DNA of 64,000 nucleotides from Curvularia clavata. Taxonomy: Eukaryota. The stretch spans positions 186,001 through 250,000 of the forward strand of contig CP089280.1 in assembly GCA_023920165.1 (NCBI GenBank), read 5' to 3'. Below are positions 8,689-21,477 of the stretch, piece after piece. How positions within the stretch are numbered: position 1 is the stretch's first letter; the number at the start of each line of letters is the position of its first letter. Under the pieces are notes generated by a model, which was not told where the DNA came from, ran no database searches, and saw only the letters and a list, made by a program, of their open reading frames with translations. The position numbers were made by a program, and so were the translations under genes.

Positions 8689-9669
8689 TCAGACCTTGGG
8701 CTGAGCCTCCGCCAGCTTGATCTTTCCCTGCTCATCATATACAATCTCCCGGATCTTGACACACCGCAGATGGTTCACGCCCTTGCTCAGACTCGAGTCG
8801 TGGTAGAACAGATACCACTTTCCTTTGAACTCTGCAATGCTGTGATGCGTCGTCCAGCCAATGACAGGCTCTAGGATCCTTCCACCGTATGTAAACGGGC
8901 CCATCGGGGAATCGCCAACCGCATAGCATAGGAAATGCGTGTCGCCCGTCGAATAGGAGAAGTAGTACTTTCCGTTATACTTGTGCATCCAGGCTGCCTC
9001 GAAAAACCGCCTCTCGTGGTCTTCAGCGCGGATCTGTTCGCCTGCTTCGTCCAAAATCACGACGTCGGTAACGTCTGATGAGAAAGACTTCATGTCGTCG
9101 GTCAATCGCGCCACTTTTGCGCATAGAGCGGGACCAGACTGCGCTTCCATGGTCTCGTAGGCAGACCGCTCAAACGACCCCGTCTGCCAGCACTGCAGCT
9201 GTCCACCCCAGATACCGCCAAAGTACAAGTAGGCCTGGCCATCGTCGTCGACAAACGCCGCAGGATCAATGCTGAAGCTTCCCTTGATGGGTTCTGGTTC
9301 TGGCGCAAAGGGTCCTTCAGGTGTATCTGCGGTTGCAACACCCACGCGGAAAATGCCCTCCTTGTCGCGCGCGGGGAAGAAGAGATAGTATTTTCCGTTC
9401 TTAGTAGCAGCGTCTGGAGCCCAAAGTTGCTTGCTGACCCAGGGGATATCTTCTTGCTTGAGGGCTACGCCGTGGTCAGTTACAGGACCGCCGACGGAAT
9501 CCATGCTGAAGACATGGTAGTCGTTCATGTCGTATTGGTCGCCATTGTCGTTATCAGCAATGTCGGTCTCGCGGTCGTGCGAGGGGTAGATGTAGAGTTT
9601 GCCGTTGAAGACGTGGGCAGAGGGGTCTGCGGTATAGACGTGGGTGACGATTGGCTCTTTGTCTGCCAT
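8689..9669 (-). CDS. Glycoside hydrolase family 43 beta-xylosidase/arabinofuranosidase, intracellular
   Basis: YTADPSAHVF, LWAPDAA, SIDP, FFEA and WTTHHS motifs; no signal peptide. Confidence 0.92.
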   Translation of the reverse strand: MADKEPIVTHVYTADPSAHVFNGKLYIYPSHDRETDIADNDNGDQYDMNDYHVFSMDSVGGPVTDHGVALKQEDIPWVSKQLWAPDAATKNGKYYLFFPARDKEGIFRVGVATADTPEGPFAPEPEPIKGSFSIDPAAFVDDDGQAYLYFGGIWGGQLQCWQTGSFERSAYETMEAQSGPALCAKVARLTDDMKSFSSDVTDVVILDEAGEQIRAEDHERRFFEAAWMHKYNGKYYFSYSTGDTHFLCYAVGDSPMGPFTYGGRILEPVIGWTTHHSIAEFKGKWYLFYHDSSLSKGVNHLRCVKIREIVYDEQGKIKLAEAQPKV

Positions 9670-10027
9670 GGTTGTTTACTGAAAATACAATGTAAGGTTC
9701 TTTGAAGCTGAGTTTATTCCAAGGGGTATCAATTTAAATGTTTCGAAAGGAGAAAGATTTGGATTCGAAGGTATGAACCAGTCGTCTACTCCTACGTCTC
9801 CCCTCCTCTTATGAATGGAGGGGTACTCTCTGCCCCACGATCCCTCTCCCCTCTCCCACCGGACAAGCTCCCTCTATTTACCCGCCGGCACGGCTATCCT
9901 ACCAGGCCAAGAGCTCTCCAGTGCGTGATCCAAGACGGGAACATAATAATACCCACCTGGGACTGCCTTTATGGCGGGTACAAATGGTGTTTCCCGTGTG
10001 TAAAGAGTTGCAACGACGTTGGTGTGT

Positions 10028-10325
10028 TTAGCCGTGCATTCTTCCGCCCCAACGCAAGCGCCCTTTTTGGAGGATGACAGGTTCGGTGATCTACAGCACG
10101 TACAGATTTGCCTCGGGTCGCCGGACCTCATGCGCTTTACCCGCGCTGCGACGTGTTTTCGCGTAGGGCTGGATTCGGTAGGGCTGGCAATATGATGGCG
10201 CCCGGACGAAATACCCGCGAATCAGTATACGCCAGCCTCACTTAAATCAACAACTTTCCTACCGAAAGATTTTTGGTCGACTGTTTAACTTATTCAGTAC
10301 TAGCCTTCGTGTAAATTACCTAGCC
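10028..10325 (-). promoter_or_regulatory. Candidate XlnR sites (GGCTAR) upstream of GH43
   Basis: GGCTAA at 10028-10033 and GGCTAG at 10300-10305 and 10320-10325 on the minus strand. Short motifs, could be chance. Confidence 0.3.
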
Positions 10326-10447
10326 AAGAAGACGATGGGTTACCATCTAAGTTGTATAATAGTTTTCTTTAGCGACAGCATTTTGGCTTTTACTCGAATT
10401 AACTCCCCGACCACCACGCAAGTAGTATACACAACCCACAGTCTAGT

Positions 10448-11564
10448 CTAGAAGCCCGCTATGTATCGGTGCTTATCAGTCACCTCCGTCACCTCGAACT
10501 TCATGCCGACCCTTACTTCCCCCACCGTCCTTGGCACAGCCAACATGCCATAACACGGCTTGTACGTGATGCCCTCATCAATTCGCCTATACTTCATCAG
10601 CACATCCCATGGCTGCGTCTTGTGCTTCTCAGCTGTATCAGGATCTACGTTGGGCACCTGGCAACGTGCGCAGCGTTGTGTAATGTCCAAGACAATGGGC
10701 TCCTTGCCAGAAGCTGGTGTGATCTTGAGTGTTTTCCAGCGGTCTTCGTCCCAGGGCGCATTAGCGTCGCCCTTGACGACAATGTTGGGTCGGAAGCGGC
10801 GGACGTCGATGGTGACGCCTTCGGCTGCCTTGAGGCGCGTGTTGAGCTCGTCAATACTGCTCTTGTTGCCGACTAGGATGGGCATCAGATCGGGGAAACA
10901 GGTGGATGCGGCTCTTCCTAGTACAGCTGGCGCGCCGTTGGAGACAAGTGGTCGAGGATCATTAGAGACGGGCGGCTTATACACCAGTCGTACTTCCTTG
11001 CCGAAAAAGGCGTTGAAAGGGGCTGTCAATTCAGTGGAGTAGACGCGAGTTCCAGTAGTGGTACTCCAGATCTTTGCTGAATGATCTTCGGTGTTCTTCT
11101 CAAGCCACTCCTTTGACGGATGAGCCGGAATGGAAAACTCGAGTTTCTCATCAATGGAGTTGGGAGCTGGTGCGGTGACCGTAAGGGTATCAGTTGCCTC
11201 ATCGTAAGTAGGTCGGATCAGAGTCATTTTGGAGTTTTGGCGGATGGTGAGGAACTCATATTCTGGGTAACTCACCCACATCCATTGGCGATCTGGCGTT
11301 ATCAGAATCTGCCAAGTCAGGGTATTACCGGGCCAGATGCTTACCTAGGTCGAGGCCAGTAGGCAGTAGTTTTGCCGACTTGACAGATATGCCATGACAT
11401 GACTTGATTGGGTGTAAGAAGAGCGCAGTGATCTCTGTTGGTGGTGGCAAAGGTCCGGCCGTGCTCTTTGGTTTTTGCGTTTTCGTAAAATAGAGATAAG
11501 TAAGGATTGGTAGGATAAAGATGGACAGCAGGACTGCCGCTTGGGTAGCAGGTGGAGGCCCCAT
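10448..11564 (-). CDS. MOSC-domain (mARC-like) molybdenum cofactor protein with N-terminal TM; one intron ~11292-11345
   Basis: LFLHPIKSCHG...GLDLD|RQWMWV (MOSC_N); FPD, RRFRPNIVV, CARCQVPNVDP (MOSC). Confidence 0.88.
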
Positions 11565-12067
11565 CCTAGTGGTATCGTCGTTGCGACTCGACGACTGCAA
11601 TTGCGAATATTATTATGAAGTAGGAAAGATTGTTGCTGATCTTCGATAGATGATAGTCTATGGGGTCAGCAATCTTTATGTTCGAGTCAATTGGCAAGGA
11701 CAATCCGAATGGAGCTGTAGGGCGCACGTTCGACAAGTGTTCTATTTTACAAAAGACGGTGTCCAAAGATCAGTAGCTAACCCTTTCTATCCACAGCATT
11801 TATAACCACAAATGGCGAGACCTGATGATGACGCAAAGGGCGGGGAGAGCTGTAATGCTGTAAATGGCTTAGCGCTGCGGAAATTGATCAGCGCAAACTC
11901 CGCGGCATCTGAACTACACTACATTTTGTATGCCTGGTATCCTTCAATGTCAATCTGAACTGGATGACCTAAGCCTCTGCATATATATCCTTCCACTCAT
12001 TTCTCATCAGGATCCAACTCGGCCCATCTCTGCCAACTTGTCAACCTTCAATTTGCTGCAGTATGCT

Positions 12068-12823
12068 TCAAACTCGTCCGTGAACAACCCTCTTCTCCAA
12101 CTCCCTTACCCGCATTGTGAGCCTGATGTTACTCTGCTTGCGAATCCGACATTCTCTCTCCGCTGCCTCTGCACGTTGTGTCTGCCTCTCAAGCTCGAAC
12201 TCGACTTGACTTGTCATACTCCTGCTGTATCTTCCGATCCTCTCGAACTCTCTGACGTGCTGCTGCGAGCTAAACAGCCGGCTTTCCCTATCAAATAGCT
12301 CGCCTCGCAGTCTGGCTGCTTCGCGTCTAGCCTCAAGGCAATTCTTGTTTGCGCACCGCCTGGCACCTTGGCACTTGTTTTGCTTGGTATCGCATTCCCT
12401 CTTCCGTTGAGGACGACGCAGTTTAGAGGTAGGTGTACCTTCCAGGGTGGCTTTTGCAGCAGTCGTCATGTAGTTTTGATATTCCGTGTCAGACATGCCG
12501 ACCTGGCTTTTGGGCTTGTCGCACTGGTCGTAGTTGCAAGGGTATCTCTTGTGAAACGAGCCGTTGACGGAGGCGATGTGCTTGCGGTCTGCGGCCGAGT
12601 ACATGGATTCGTATCGCTTCATGACTGATCGCTCATAGGCAATACCCGCCGGAAGGTCTGGGTAGCCCCAGTATTGACCATACTGTTCGACAGCTGCCAT
12701 AGTCACGTAGGGCCATGTCTTTGAATCGTGCTCGTCGTAATCGGGCAGGATGGCCTTGACGTCGCTGTGTAATTCGCTTGTCACGAAGCTGAACGGGCCT
12801 TCATATGGTTGCATTTGGAGCAT
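12068..12823 (-). CDS. Hypothetical protein with Cys-rich patch and C-terminal coiled coil
   Basis: 251-aa ORF; possible upstream intron (GTAAGT ~12887 to AACAG ~12831); no recognised family. Confidence 0.5.
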   Translation of the reverse strand: MLQMQPYEGPFSFVTSELHSDVKAILPDYDEHDSKTWPYVTMAAVEQYGQYWGYPDLPAGIAYERSVMKRYESMYSAADRKHIASVNGSFHKRYPCNYDQCDKPKSQVGMSDTEYQNYMTTAAKATLEGTPTSKLRRPQRKRECDTKQNKCQGARRCANKNCLEARREAARLRGELFDRESRLFSSQQHVREFERIGRYSRSMTSQVEFELERQTQRAEAAERECRIRKQSNIRLTMRVRELEKRVVHGRV

Positions 12824-13417
12824 ACTGGATCTGTTAAGAGTTAATAACTCGCGTGATGTTGTTTAAAAACTGACGTGAAATACTTACAGCGCGTCGCGTG
12901 AACTAAAGAACACGCTATTGCTGAAGCGACGTGTGGACAGGATCGAGGCAGTGTTGGCGCTGTGTGTAGAAAAAGATCAGAAGAAGAGACCAGCTTGCGT
13001 CACAATGCCAGTCTCATGGCGGAGCGGTGATGAGTATCGCGAAGTCGAAGTACATTGTGCTTTCACTTCACCGCAAGCAATCCTTGCCACAGTCCTCACT
13101 CGATCAGTCAAGCAGTCACGTAAGCGATCAAGGTATCAAGTCATCATGGGGGAAAACAGCGTATGATATCTACTGTGTTTCTAGTCCGCCACCAAGATGT
13201 CTAAATCCTCCTCAATATCATGGTTCACATCGATGAAAATGAAATCGGCTCATGCCTTGACTGTAAACGCCACTCGCCAACCCGTACCACCGCCCCAAAT
13301 ATATCTGTTCCATAACTCCAAAGCAAGCATGAGAAAAACCACAATCCTCACCCTGAGAAAGAAACCGTTGTAGGAACTATCATACATCGTGCGTCCATGT
13401 TGACAAGATAGCGTCAA

Positions 13418-14443
13418 CTAAGCTTTCTTACCAGTCTTCTTGACACCGCTTTTCTTCGAGATCCTTTTGGCTGTGATGGTGCGACCCTTTGCCGGTGCCT
13501 TCTTGGAGAGGGAGGTTTTGCCAGGGAGCTGTGGGAGGAACTCGATGGCTGGAACTTGTTCGCACTCTCTGGCCTCGAGCATCTGGAGGATTATATCGAC
13601 TATGTCCTTGACCTCATTGTAGGGCTTTTCTTTGCCAAGATACTGGTCCAGTTCGCGGAGGATATCAATGGGGGCTTCGAAGTGTTTACCCTTGGTCGGA
13701 GCAACACGATTTCGGGCATCAGCGCTGGTCAGGCCAGAGGCAATGTGGCGCGAGTACTGGTTTAGGCGGTTCTCCTCGGACTTCTTAAGGGCAACGTCGT
13801 AGGTGGCACCGGGGAACTGGTTTTCGATGACATCGAACTGCCTCAGGATGAGGCGGACTTTGCGGATTTGCCAGGTCTCCTTGTTGTAAGTTGCGCGCTG
13901 GTAATGCTTACGGCAAAAAAGCGGCCACTCGGTGATGTCGCGGGTGCAGGCCTTGTTACGGCCAAAGTGGTCGGAAATGACCTTGCGGGAAAGGTCCTTG
14001 GTGTACTGCCCGGTGCGGCAGCGGGTATGCTCGTCATTGAGACAGATGAATTCCCGCTGGTCATCGGGAACATCGTCATCCTCGGTTTCCTCAGGGGAGG
14101 CATTACGCTGTTCCTGCTGGAGCAAAGCCGGTTCAGTACCCATCTCAAACAGGCCTCAGAGCGTGTGCAGTGGTGGTGCAGAAGAAGGTTGTATGCAGGC
14201 GTTCAGGGATTTAATACTTACGGTCTCGGTGATGGCTGTGTCCGGCGTGGTAGCATGATAAGAGCTGCCGTCGTTGCCAGGACTAGACGGAGTGGATGGA
14301 GCATCGACCGCAGTCTTCTCATTGCCGTCAAAAGCATTGGCCTTCTCGACGAGAACGTGAGCAATGCTCATAACCTCGTGGATCTTGGCGGCTTGGGTGA
14401 CCACAGCTGGCTCGGGGGTGATTGGCTGAGAGTACGCTGGCAT
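13418..14443 (-). CDS. ORP1-like conserved fungal protein; intron ~14117-14221
   Basis: RKVISDHFGRNKACTR...FCRKHYQR motif. A GTAAGT donor at 14221 and CTCCAG acceptor join the 95-aa and 241-aa ORFs in phase 0. Confidence 0.7.
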
Positions 14444-15991
14444 GTTGACTGCCGGAAAGAAGTTTGAAAGGGAAGTAGTGTTTTATGGACAAGTTGGAGT
14501 GAGTACTCGAGTCTAACAAGCAGGCGTTGAGTGCAGTTGAGTTGCAGACAAAGTCTCAAAGGACGTGGGCGTGTGAGCTTTTGAAATATTCGAGAGCAGG
14601 CGGCGGGCAGGCTGCCAAGAGGTGGTGAATGTGAGTCGTGAGCGCGGCCGTTTGATCTAGGGCTTGACGAGGTCATGCTCACTGAAGAGGAGAAGTGAAT
14701 CGACCAGCGCTGACCACTCACAGGCACCGAGTACAATACGACGCATGTTCAAACGATCGTCTATTGGGTGGTCGGAGCCGGTGATTGCAAGCTCTCGAGG
14801 CACGAAGGCCTTCCAGATGACCGCCAAAGGGGAGCGTTTGTAGTTGCATGAGCCCATGATCCCTTCAACAATAGACTCACGCCTAGGCCACCGCTCCCAT
14901 GTTAGAACAAACAAACAGAACTACCCGAAGCCAGTACAGGTATTGCACACAATAAAATATGGGGCACAGCTCAATAGAGACAAAAGGGTGTTTCTCAAAC
15001 AAAAACAATGGAATGTCTAAGCCGTATCCGCCGTGACTAGGTACGAGAGATTTTATTCCAGGACTGGCCAAAGATGAGCGCAGAAAAGGGCAGAATTGTG
15101 AATAGAACTAGGAAGTTGGGCGTATAGCGTTGAGGAATGCCTGACTAGATAGAAATGACTGATTCGAAAACCATCGCACATGTGTCGACAAACCAACTAA
15201 ATCAGTTGCCATGTTGCCATCACAGTGACGCATTGAATTACCCAAGCCTAGGCTAGAAAGCTGCTCATGCGGTCTTTGTGAATACGCGTTTGTTTCGAAG
15301 AGCACATGTGAATGCCCGCGGCTCGCGCTGCTTGACCATTCGAGGTCAGCATGCTTGGAAGCACCCAGAGACCGATACGGCCGTTGCCACAAAAGCCATG
15401 CGAGGCCTGATGTGTGTGTTCAGTATTACGGTTGCTCTTCAATCCCATGAACCGATATTCAGCAGAGCAGATGATCTTGAGTGACGTCGGACTGTGGTCT
15501 TCCAAGAGGAGTTCTTTAGGTAGAAGAACATAAGCCTAAGGCACGTATGCCAAATTTCACGAGAATTGACTGAACAGAATTGAAATCCTACAGAGGAAAG
15601 TTGAAATAAACAATTTCTACCACAGATCATACACGCATAAGATGACAACGGGGAAATGTAACGAATTCGAAGTCAGGTCGGCTTAGTCAGCTATCGGAGG
15701 CGCTAATGCCGATAACGGAACACGTGCGCGAGGAGGCTCAATTCCGTCAACAGCCTTGGCGTCTTTTCGCGCTTGTCGACGGGTAGTGAGGAGCTCCTGG
15801 GCAACCCGACTCTCTCTGCTGCGACAACAAGTAAATTGCTGGATACGCCAGCTGCCTCTTCCGCACGGCTTGAGATGCGCTCATACGTCATTTCTATCAT
15901 TCCAACACATCCATCCCATCCTGTTCTCGACTGAGCGCGTTCGCGGCCTCTTTGCACGCCATCCACCCGATCAAGCGATCCTACAGCCACA

Positions 15992-18125
15992 ATGCCCCCC
16001 ACGACAGGCACACGAACGTCTACGAGACAGGGACGGGCTACCGTTCGGCCTACAAACTACTATGCGCGCACTTTTGCCGGACGACTTGCTGCGAGCGGAA
16101 TGGAGCAGACACCCGAAGCCTCCAGCAGCGCGCCCGGCTTCCTGCCAGCGCTCACGCATTTCACAGGCGCCGTCGATGCGTTCCCCAAGGAGATTATCAA
16201 ACACTTCTCCATGTTCAAGGAAGTCGAGGCTAAGCTACACGACCCGGAACACTTGCTCAAGGAGTTGCTGGATGAGATCGCCCGACAGCCTGTCACCACA
16301 AAGGCTCAAGCGGCAGCTGCAGAGCATTATGCGGTTGGAGTAGAGAACAGTGCTAATGTAAGTCCCGGTGTCGCATGGAGCCATGGCAGAAACTCACTAC
16401 TTGTAGCTGCTTCAAAATCCCGAGAATCTCTCCCCAGAAGAGCAGGCGGCAATACGGAAACGTCAGCTCTTCTTTCGCCTGCGCATGCTGATCGCAAACA
16501 TGCTTCCCACGCTCGACGAGAAGCTGGTAGTGCTCCAGGGCGCAAAGGCTACCAAAGACAAAGGCCTTACGCGGATGCACCACTCATATTCGCAGCTTGA
16601 TGGCGAAATCAGCGACGAAGCGCGATACGGTAGCCTTTCACACTGGGCGTACGCGGATAAGGAGGAAAAGAAGAAGGGAGGCCAGTCTCATGAGCGCCAG
16701 CGCCGTGAGGTGGCAGCGGCAAACAATCTCGCGGCGGCCGCTCAACACGTACACGACGTCGACTCCATCGCTGCAAAGAGCGAGGCTAGGCGTGAGGCGA
16801 TGCATGCGAACAAACGCAATCGGCACCAGCAGATTGATTCTGACTTCGACGATCGGCCGGCAAAGAAGCCTCAGAAGAGGAAACCTATACCTGCAGAGAC
16901 GACGGCGGCAGCGCCTGACAATAGGGGCATTGGCCTGGGCATATCGAGCAACGGTGCAGGACCTAATGGGAAACGAAAGAAGACCGAAAAGGCCCTCGCC
17001 GCAGCGGCACCGGTTGCCCCTCCAATGGAGCGATCAAGCAGCGCCCTGAAAGTTGCCAGCAACGGAGCAAGGGGTGGTTCAAGCCCGCGAGGCACACCCG
17101 TTCCAGAAAGTAGTGCAGCGAAACGCAAGCCACGAGCAGCCCCCGCGCCCACGCAACGCAAGAACCTGGTACCACCATACTCGCCCCCAATGGCTGCGTC
17201 ACCCCTGGCTGCCAACTTTGCCATCAACAAAGCCACTGCCGGCACAGCTGATCGTCCCTTGTCAGCACGAGCACGGAAGAACTCAACGGCGACGTCTGTT
17301 GCATCAGCCAAGGACCAGGATACCCCGGTCGGACGGCGACCATCCTCCTCGCACTCTGTTCAGCAAGCTACAGGTAGCAATGTGGTTGCCGAAAGCGAAC
17401 AGGCTAGCGGTGTTACGCGGGACAATGCATCAGCAAAGGGAGCATCAACTCCTAAGGAGCCAGTGGACGCACAGCCATCGTTTGAAACATCGAACATGAA
17501 GGTGGAAGACGTGGGACAGCCGGAGCCAGAGAGCATGGAGATTGACGCTCCAGCGCCAGCGCCAGCCTCTGGCCGACCTGGTCGGACGTCAAAGACTTCG
17601 ACGCCTGTCGTTGGAGCATTCCCTGAGATAGCAATGTCTCGAAGCCGCAGCAGCCGCAACGTGAACGCTGCCAATTCCAATACGTCATCGGAGAACAACA
17701 GTACAACAACAGGCACTGTGTCGAAACGCGGGCAGAAGAAAAATACACAACAAAGCGCCAACACTGGAAATGCGTCTCCAGCGATGAAACCCACATCCCA
17801 GGCGAAGTCGAATTCTACATCATCGGCAGCAAGCTCTGTTGCCCAAGAACAAGACTACCAAGAAGCCGAGCCTGAAATTGAAGCCGAAGTGGAGTCGGAG
17901 GAAGACGGCGACGAACCTAGGTACTGCTACTGCAACGAAGTCTCGTATGGTAACATGATTGCCTGTGACAACGACGACTGCCCCCGCGAGTGGTTCCATC
18001 TTGCGTGTGTGCACCTTGAGAAGCCACCGACGGGTCGGGCCAAATGGTTCTGCAGTGACGAGTGCAAAGAAGCACACGCCAAAGCCAAAGCCAAGGGAGG
18101 TCGGCCGGGCAGTAGCAGGCAATAG
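15992..18125 (+). CDS. ING-family PHD-finger chromatin protein (Pho23-like); intron ~16358-16406
   Basis: N-terminal ING helix ([30 protein letters not shown]); C-terminal [37 protein letters not shown]. Confidence 0.9.
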
Positions 18126-18783
18126 GAATTAGGAAGGAGTTCAAGGCGTTCTGGGACGGGTCCGGCGACAGCTGGGTCTAGGCAAGGCCCGAAGGGAAAG
18201 GGCAAGGCTAGGTTAAATCTCTGGGATGGCTGGAATGCTCTCTGAGGGCTTCCGGTTGGGTCTGATTTTCTTTTGATTCTTTGTGTGGGTTCTGGCGGCG
18301 TTTTCTGTACAAAGGCTGGTGCCACGGTGCCTGGACATGCGATATCCAGGCGTTTTGCATCGTTGGATTCGGCGTCGAAAGGCGGGCTTCTCTCGCTCGT
18401 CATGACTTCGATTGCATGTGGCGCATATTTATAATGGCCTTGTACGGCATACCTGGTAGCGAATAATCATACATAAGCCAGCTGAGGAGCATTGTGTTGA
18501 GATGTCGTGTGCTACAGCTCCAAGCTGGAGGTGGTCTGACGCGTACTAGACCCCAGCACCGCCCCTGGAGATCCACTGCTGACGAGAAATCGCTCAGCCT
18601 TTATTGGCTGCCATCAAGTCTGCCATGCATTACAGCTCAATCCAAGCTGGACCCTGAGGCGCTAACCCGCAGCAACGATGCAATACATCTTCACCGCTCG
18701 ACGGGACGGTCCTAACCGTCTCAATTCCAAAAACTGCTGGCTTTTCTTTCTGTTGCTCTCCAAACTGTATTCTAGACTTCACA

Positions 18784-20897
18784 ATGGCACCATCAGAAAC
18801 CCCTTCGGCCGAGGAGCAGCTCATCTGCGAGCCTCAAGGTGGGGCCCCAAATGCCCCTCCAGACCTTCGCTTCCTCCACTACAATGATGTCTATCATGTT
18901 GAGGCTGGCTCAAGAGAGCCAGTGGGAGGCTATGCAAGGTTTCAGACCTTGGTCAATTACTACAGGAGCGATGAGAGATTCAAAGGCCAGCCAGAGCTGT
19001 TGACATTCTTCTCGGGAGATGCTTTCAACCCAAGTATCGAAAGCAGCATCACCAAAGGTCAGTAGCTGAGAAACTGGGATTTGTTGCAAGAATACAGCTA
19101 ACCCGCAAGATTAGGAAGTCATATGGTTCCTGTTCTCAACACAATCGGCACAGACGTATCTTGCGTTGGTGTATGTGATCTTTCTCCTTTCAGTAAGCCA
19201 AGTCTGACACCACCAGAACCACGACCTCGACTTTGGCGTCAAGCAGTACCGCTACCTCACATCCAAATGCAAGTTCCCATGGCTTCTGGCAAACGTGCAC
19301 GACCCAGCTCTCGGTGACGGTGTACCGCTCGGAAATGCGCAGAAGACAGTCATGCTCACAGCGTCCAATGGCATCAAGGTGGGTGTCATTGGACTCGCCG
19401 AACGAGAATGGCTCGATACGATCAATGCCCTGCCACCAGATATCATCTACAAGAGCGCTTCAGAGACTGCAAAGGAGCTTATCCCGGGGCTGAGAGAGCA
19501 GGGCGCCGAGATTATCGTCTGCGTATCCCACCAGCGAGAGCCAAACGACAACAAACTAGCAAAGCAGTGCGGCGGAGATCTGATTGACATTATTCTTGGT
19601 GGTCATGATCACTACTACTCGTACAGCTTCATCAACGGAACACAGGTGTTGAGGTCCGGCACAGACTTTAAACAGTTGTCGCATGTTGAAGCATGGCGAA
19701 AACCAGAGGGCAAGGGTTGGGACTTCAAGATTGTGCGACGTGATGTCGTTGTTAGCATCCCTCAAGACCCGCAGGCCATGGCGCTGGTTGAAGAGCAGAC
19801 ACGGGAGATTAGAAAGCGATTGGACAAACCAATTGGATACACTGCAGCACCGCTTGATGCCAGATTTACCACTGTCCGAACAAAGGAGTCCAACCTGGGT
19901 AACTTTGTCTGCGATCTTATGCGATACTACTACTCAGCCGAATGCTGTATCATGGCTGCTGGAACCATTCGTGGCGATCAGATCTACCCGCCTGGCGTAC
20001 TGAAACTGCGAGACCTGGTCAACTGCTTTCCGTTCGAGGATCCGGTCGTAGTGCTCAAGGTTACGGGCAAGGCGATACGAGAAGCCTTGGAGAATGGTGT
20101 CAGCAACTACCCGGCGCTGGAAGGACGGTTTCCCCAGGTCTCAAACATTGTTTTCGAAGCAGATTATTCACAGCCTCCTCACTCACGGGTCAAAAGCGTG
20201 ATGATTGGGGGCGAGCCAGTGGACGAAGCTAGGGAGTACGTGTTGGCCACAAGAGGATACATGGGTCGTGGAAAGGGTATGTTCTCGAAAAAGGCTACCA
20301 ACAAGCGTTTTTACTAATCTTTAACCAGACGGCTACACATCACTCCTCATCGAAGAAGAAGGCGGCGTCGCCAAAGAACTTGTATCTGAAGAAAACGGCG
20401 TTCTTATCTCAACTATCCTCCGCCAATACTTCATGTCGCTCAAAGTCGTCGGCAAATGGAAGCGCTGGGGCAAATCCATGCACTCAAAATTCCACTCCAT
20501 CCAAACCAACCTGCAGCAAAACCACGGCCACGCCTTCCACGACCCCTCTCCCGTCTCTCCAACCGCACCCAAACACCCCAGCATCTCCAGAGTCGTAGAC
20601 CAATCCGCCACACCAGACACTGCTTCCGATACCTCGGACCCAGATGCTGACGAGGATGAAGACGATGGACCCCTGTACAACGACACCACCAAGCCCATCC
20701 GATTTTCAGACCACGAGGTTGACATAATTCGTCGCGTGATGCATAAATGGTGGCGTTTGGCTGGCCTCAAAGGTAACCCAAAGCTGTGCGATGAATTGGA
20801 CGGCGGCGAGTTCCAGGTCAATTGGACAAAGGCAATTGCGCCGCGGTTGGAGGGTAGGATAAAGGATGTGGGGCCTGGAGTGGAGATTGAGAAGTGA
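18784..20897 (+). CDS. 5'-nucleotidase-like calcineurin-type metallophosphoesterase, multi-exon
   Basis: HYNDVYH, FSGDAF, GNHDLD (across an intron), GGHDH, ESNLGNFVCD, GTIRGD, FPQVS. Confidence 0.9.
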
Positions 20898-21477
20898 GGG
20901 TTTTGAGCTTGGTGAATGAGAAGATTGTAGATGCTGTCATCCTATTTGGATGTTATACATCTATATGTTTCACCACACTTCGAAAGAAGAAAAATAAAAG
21001 TCGGTTGCATATCAATTCTATGCTCCCCTCTCCCATTGCAACACGTCTACATCCTACTACATGCTTTTGAGTAGTTAGAGGAAGAAGAGAAGAGAATAAA
21101 TATAAACCGCACCCACGCCCCTACCTTTCCCTCAATTCCAAGGAGAAAAACAGAGCGGCCGAGTGAGAAAAAAAGCTGGGTATATATTTGCGCCAGTTTA
21201 AAAAATCAGAAAAGTAAAAAAAGACATTACAAAGAACCCCTCCAAAAGAAGGGATTCTCTCTGTAAGTATATAAAGATATATATTTTTTTCTGCTCATGA
21301 TCCCCTGAGGATAGCAAAAAAAAAGCAGAGCATAAGTGGAAGAAAAAAGAAGACAAAGCCCTTTCCCAAACGGGGTCGAAAGGGCTGGGGAGATCACGTC
21401 TATCGTTTCAAAAAAAGTAATTTCTTAAATTACACGAGAGCGAAGGGGAAAAATAAAGGGGGATATATGCAGAGGCA

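Noticed and set aside
14144..14158. In-frame TGA between the 95-aa and 241-aa ORFs (possible readthrough or pseudogene)
   Set aside because: It lies inside a plausible phase-0 intron (GTAAGT at 14221 to CAG ~14117).
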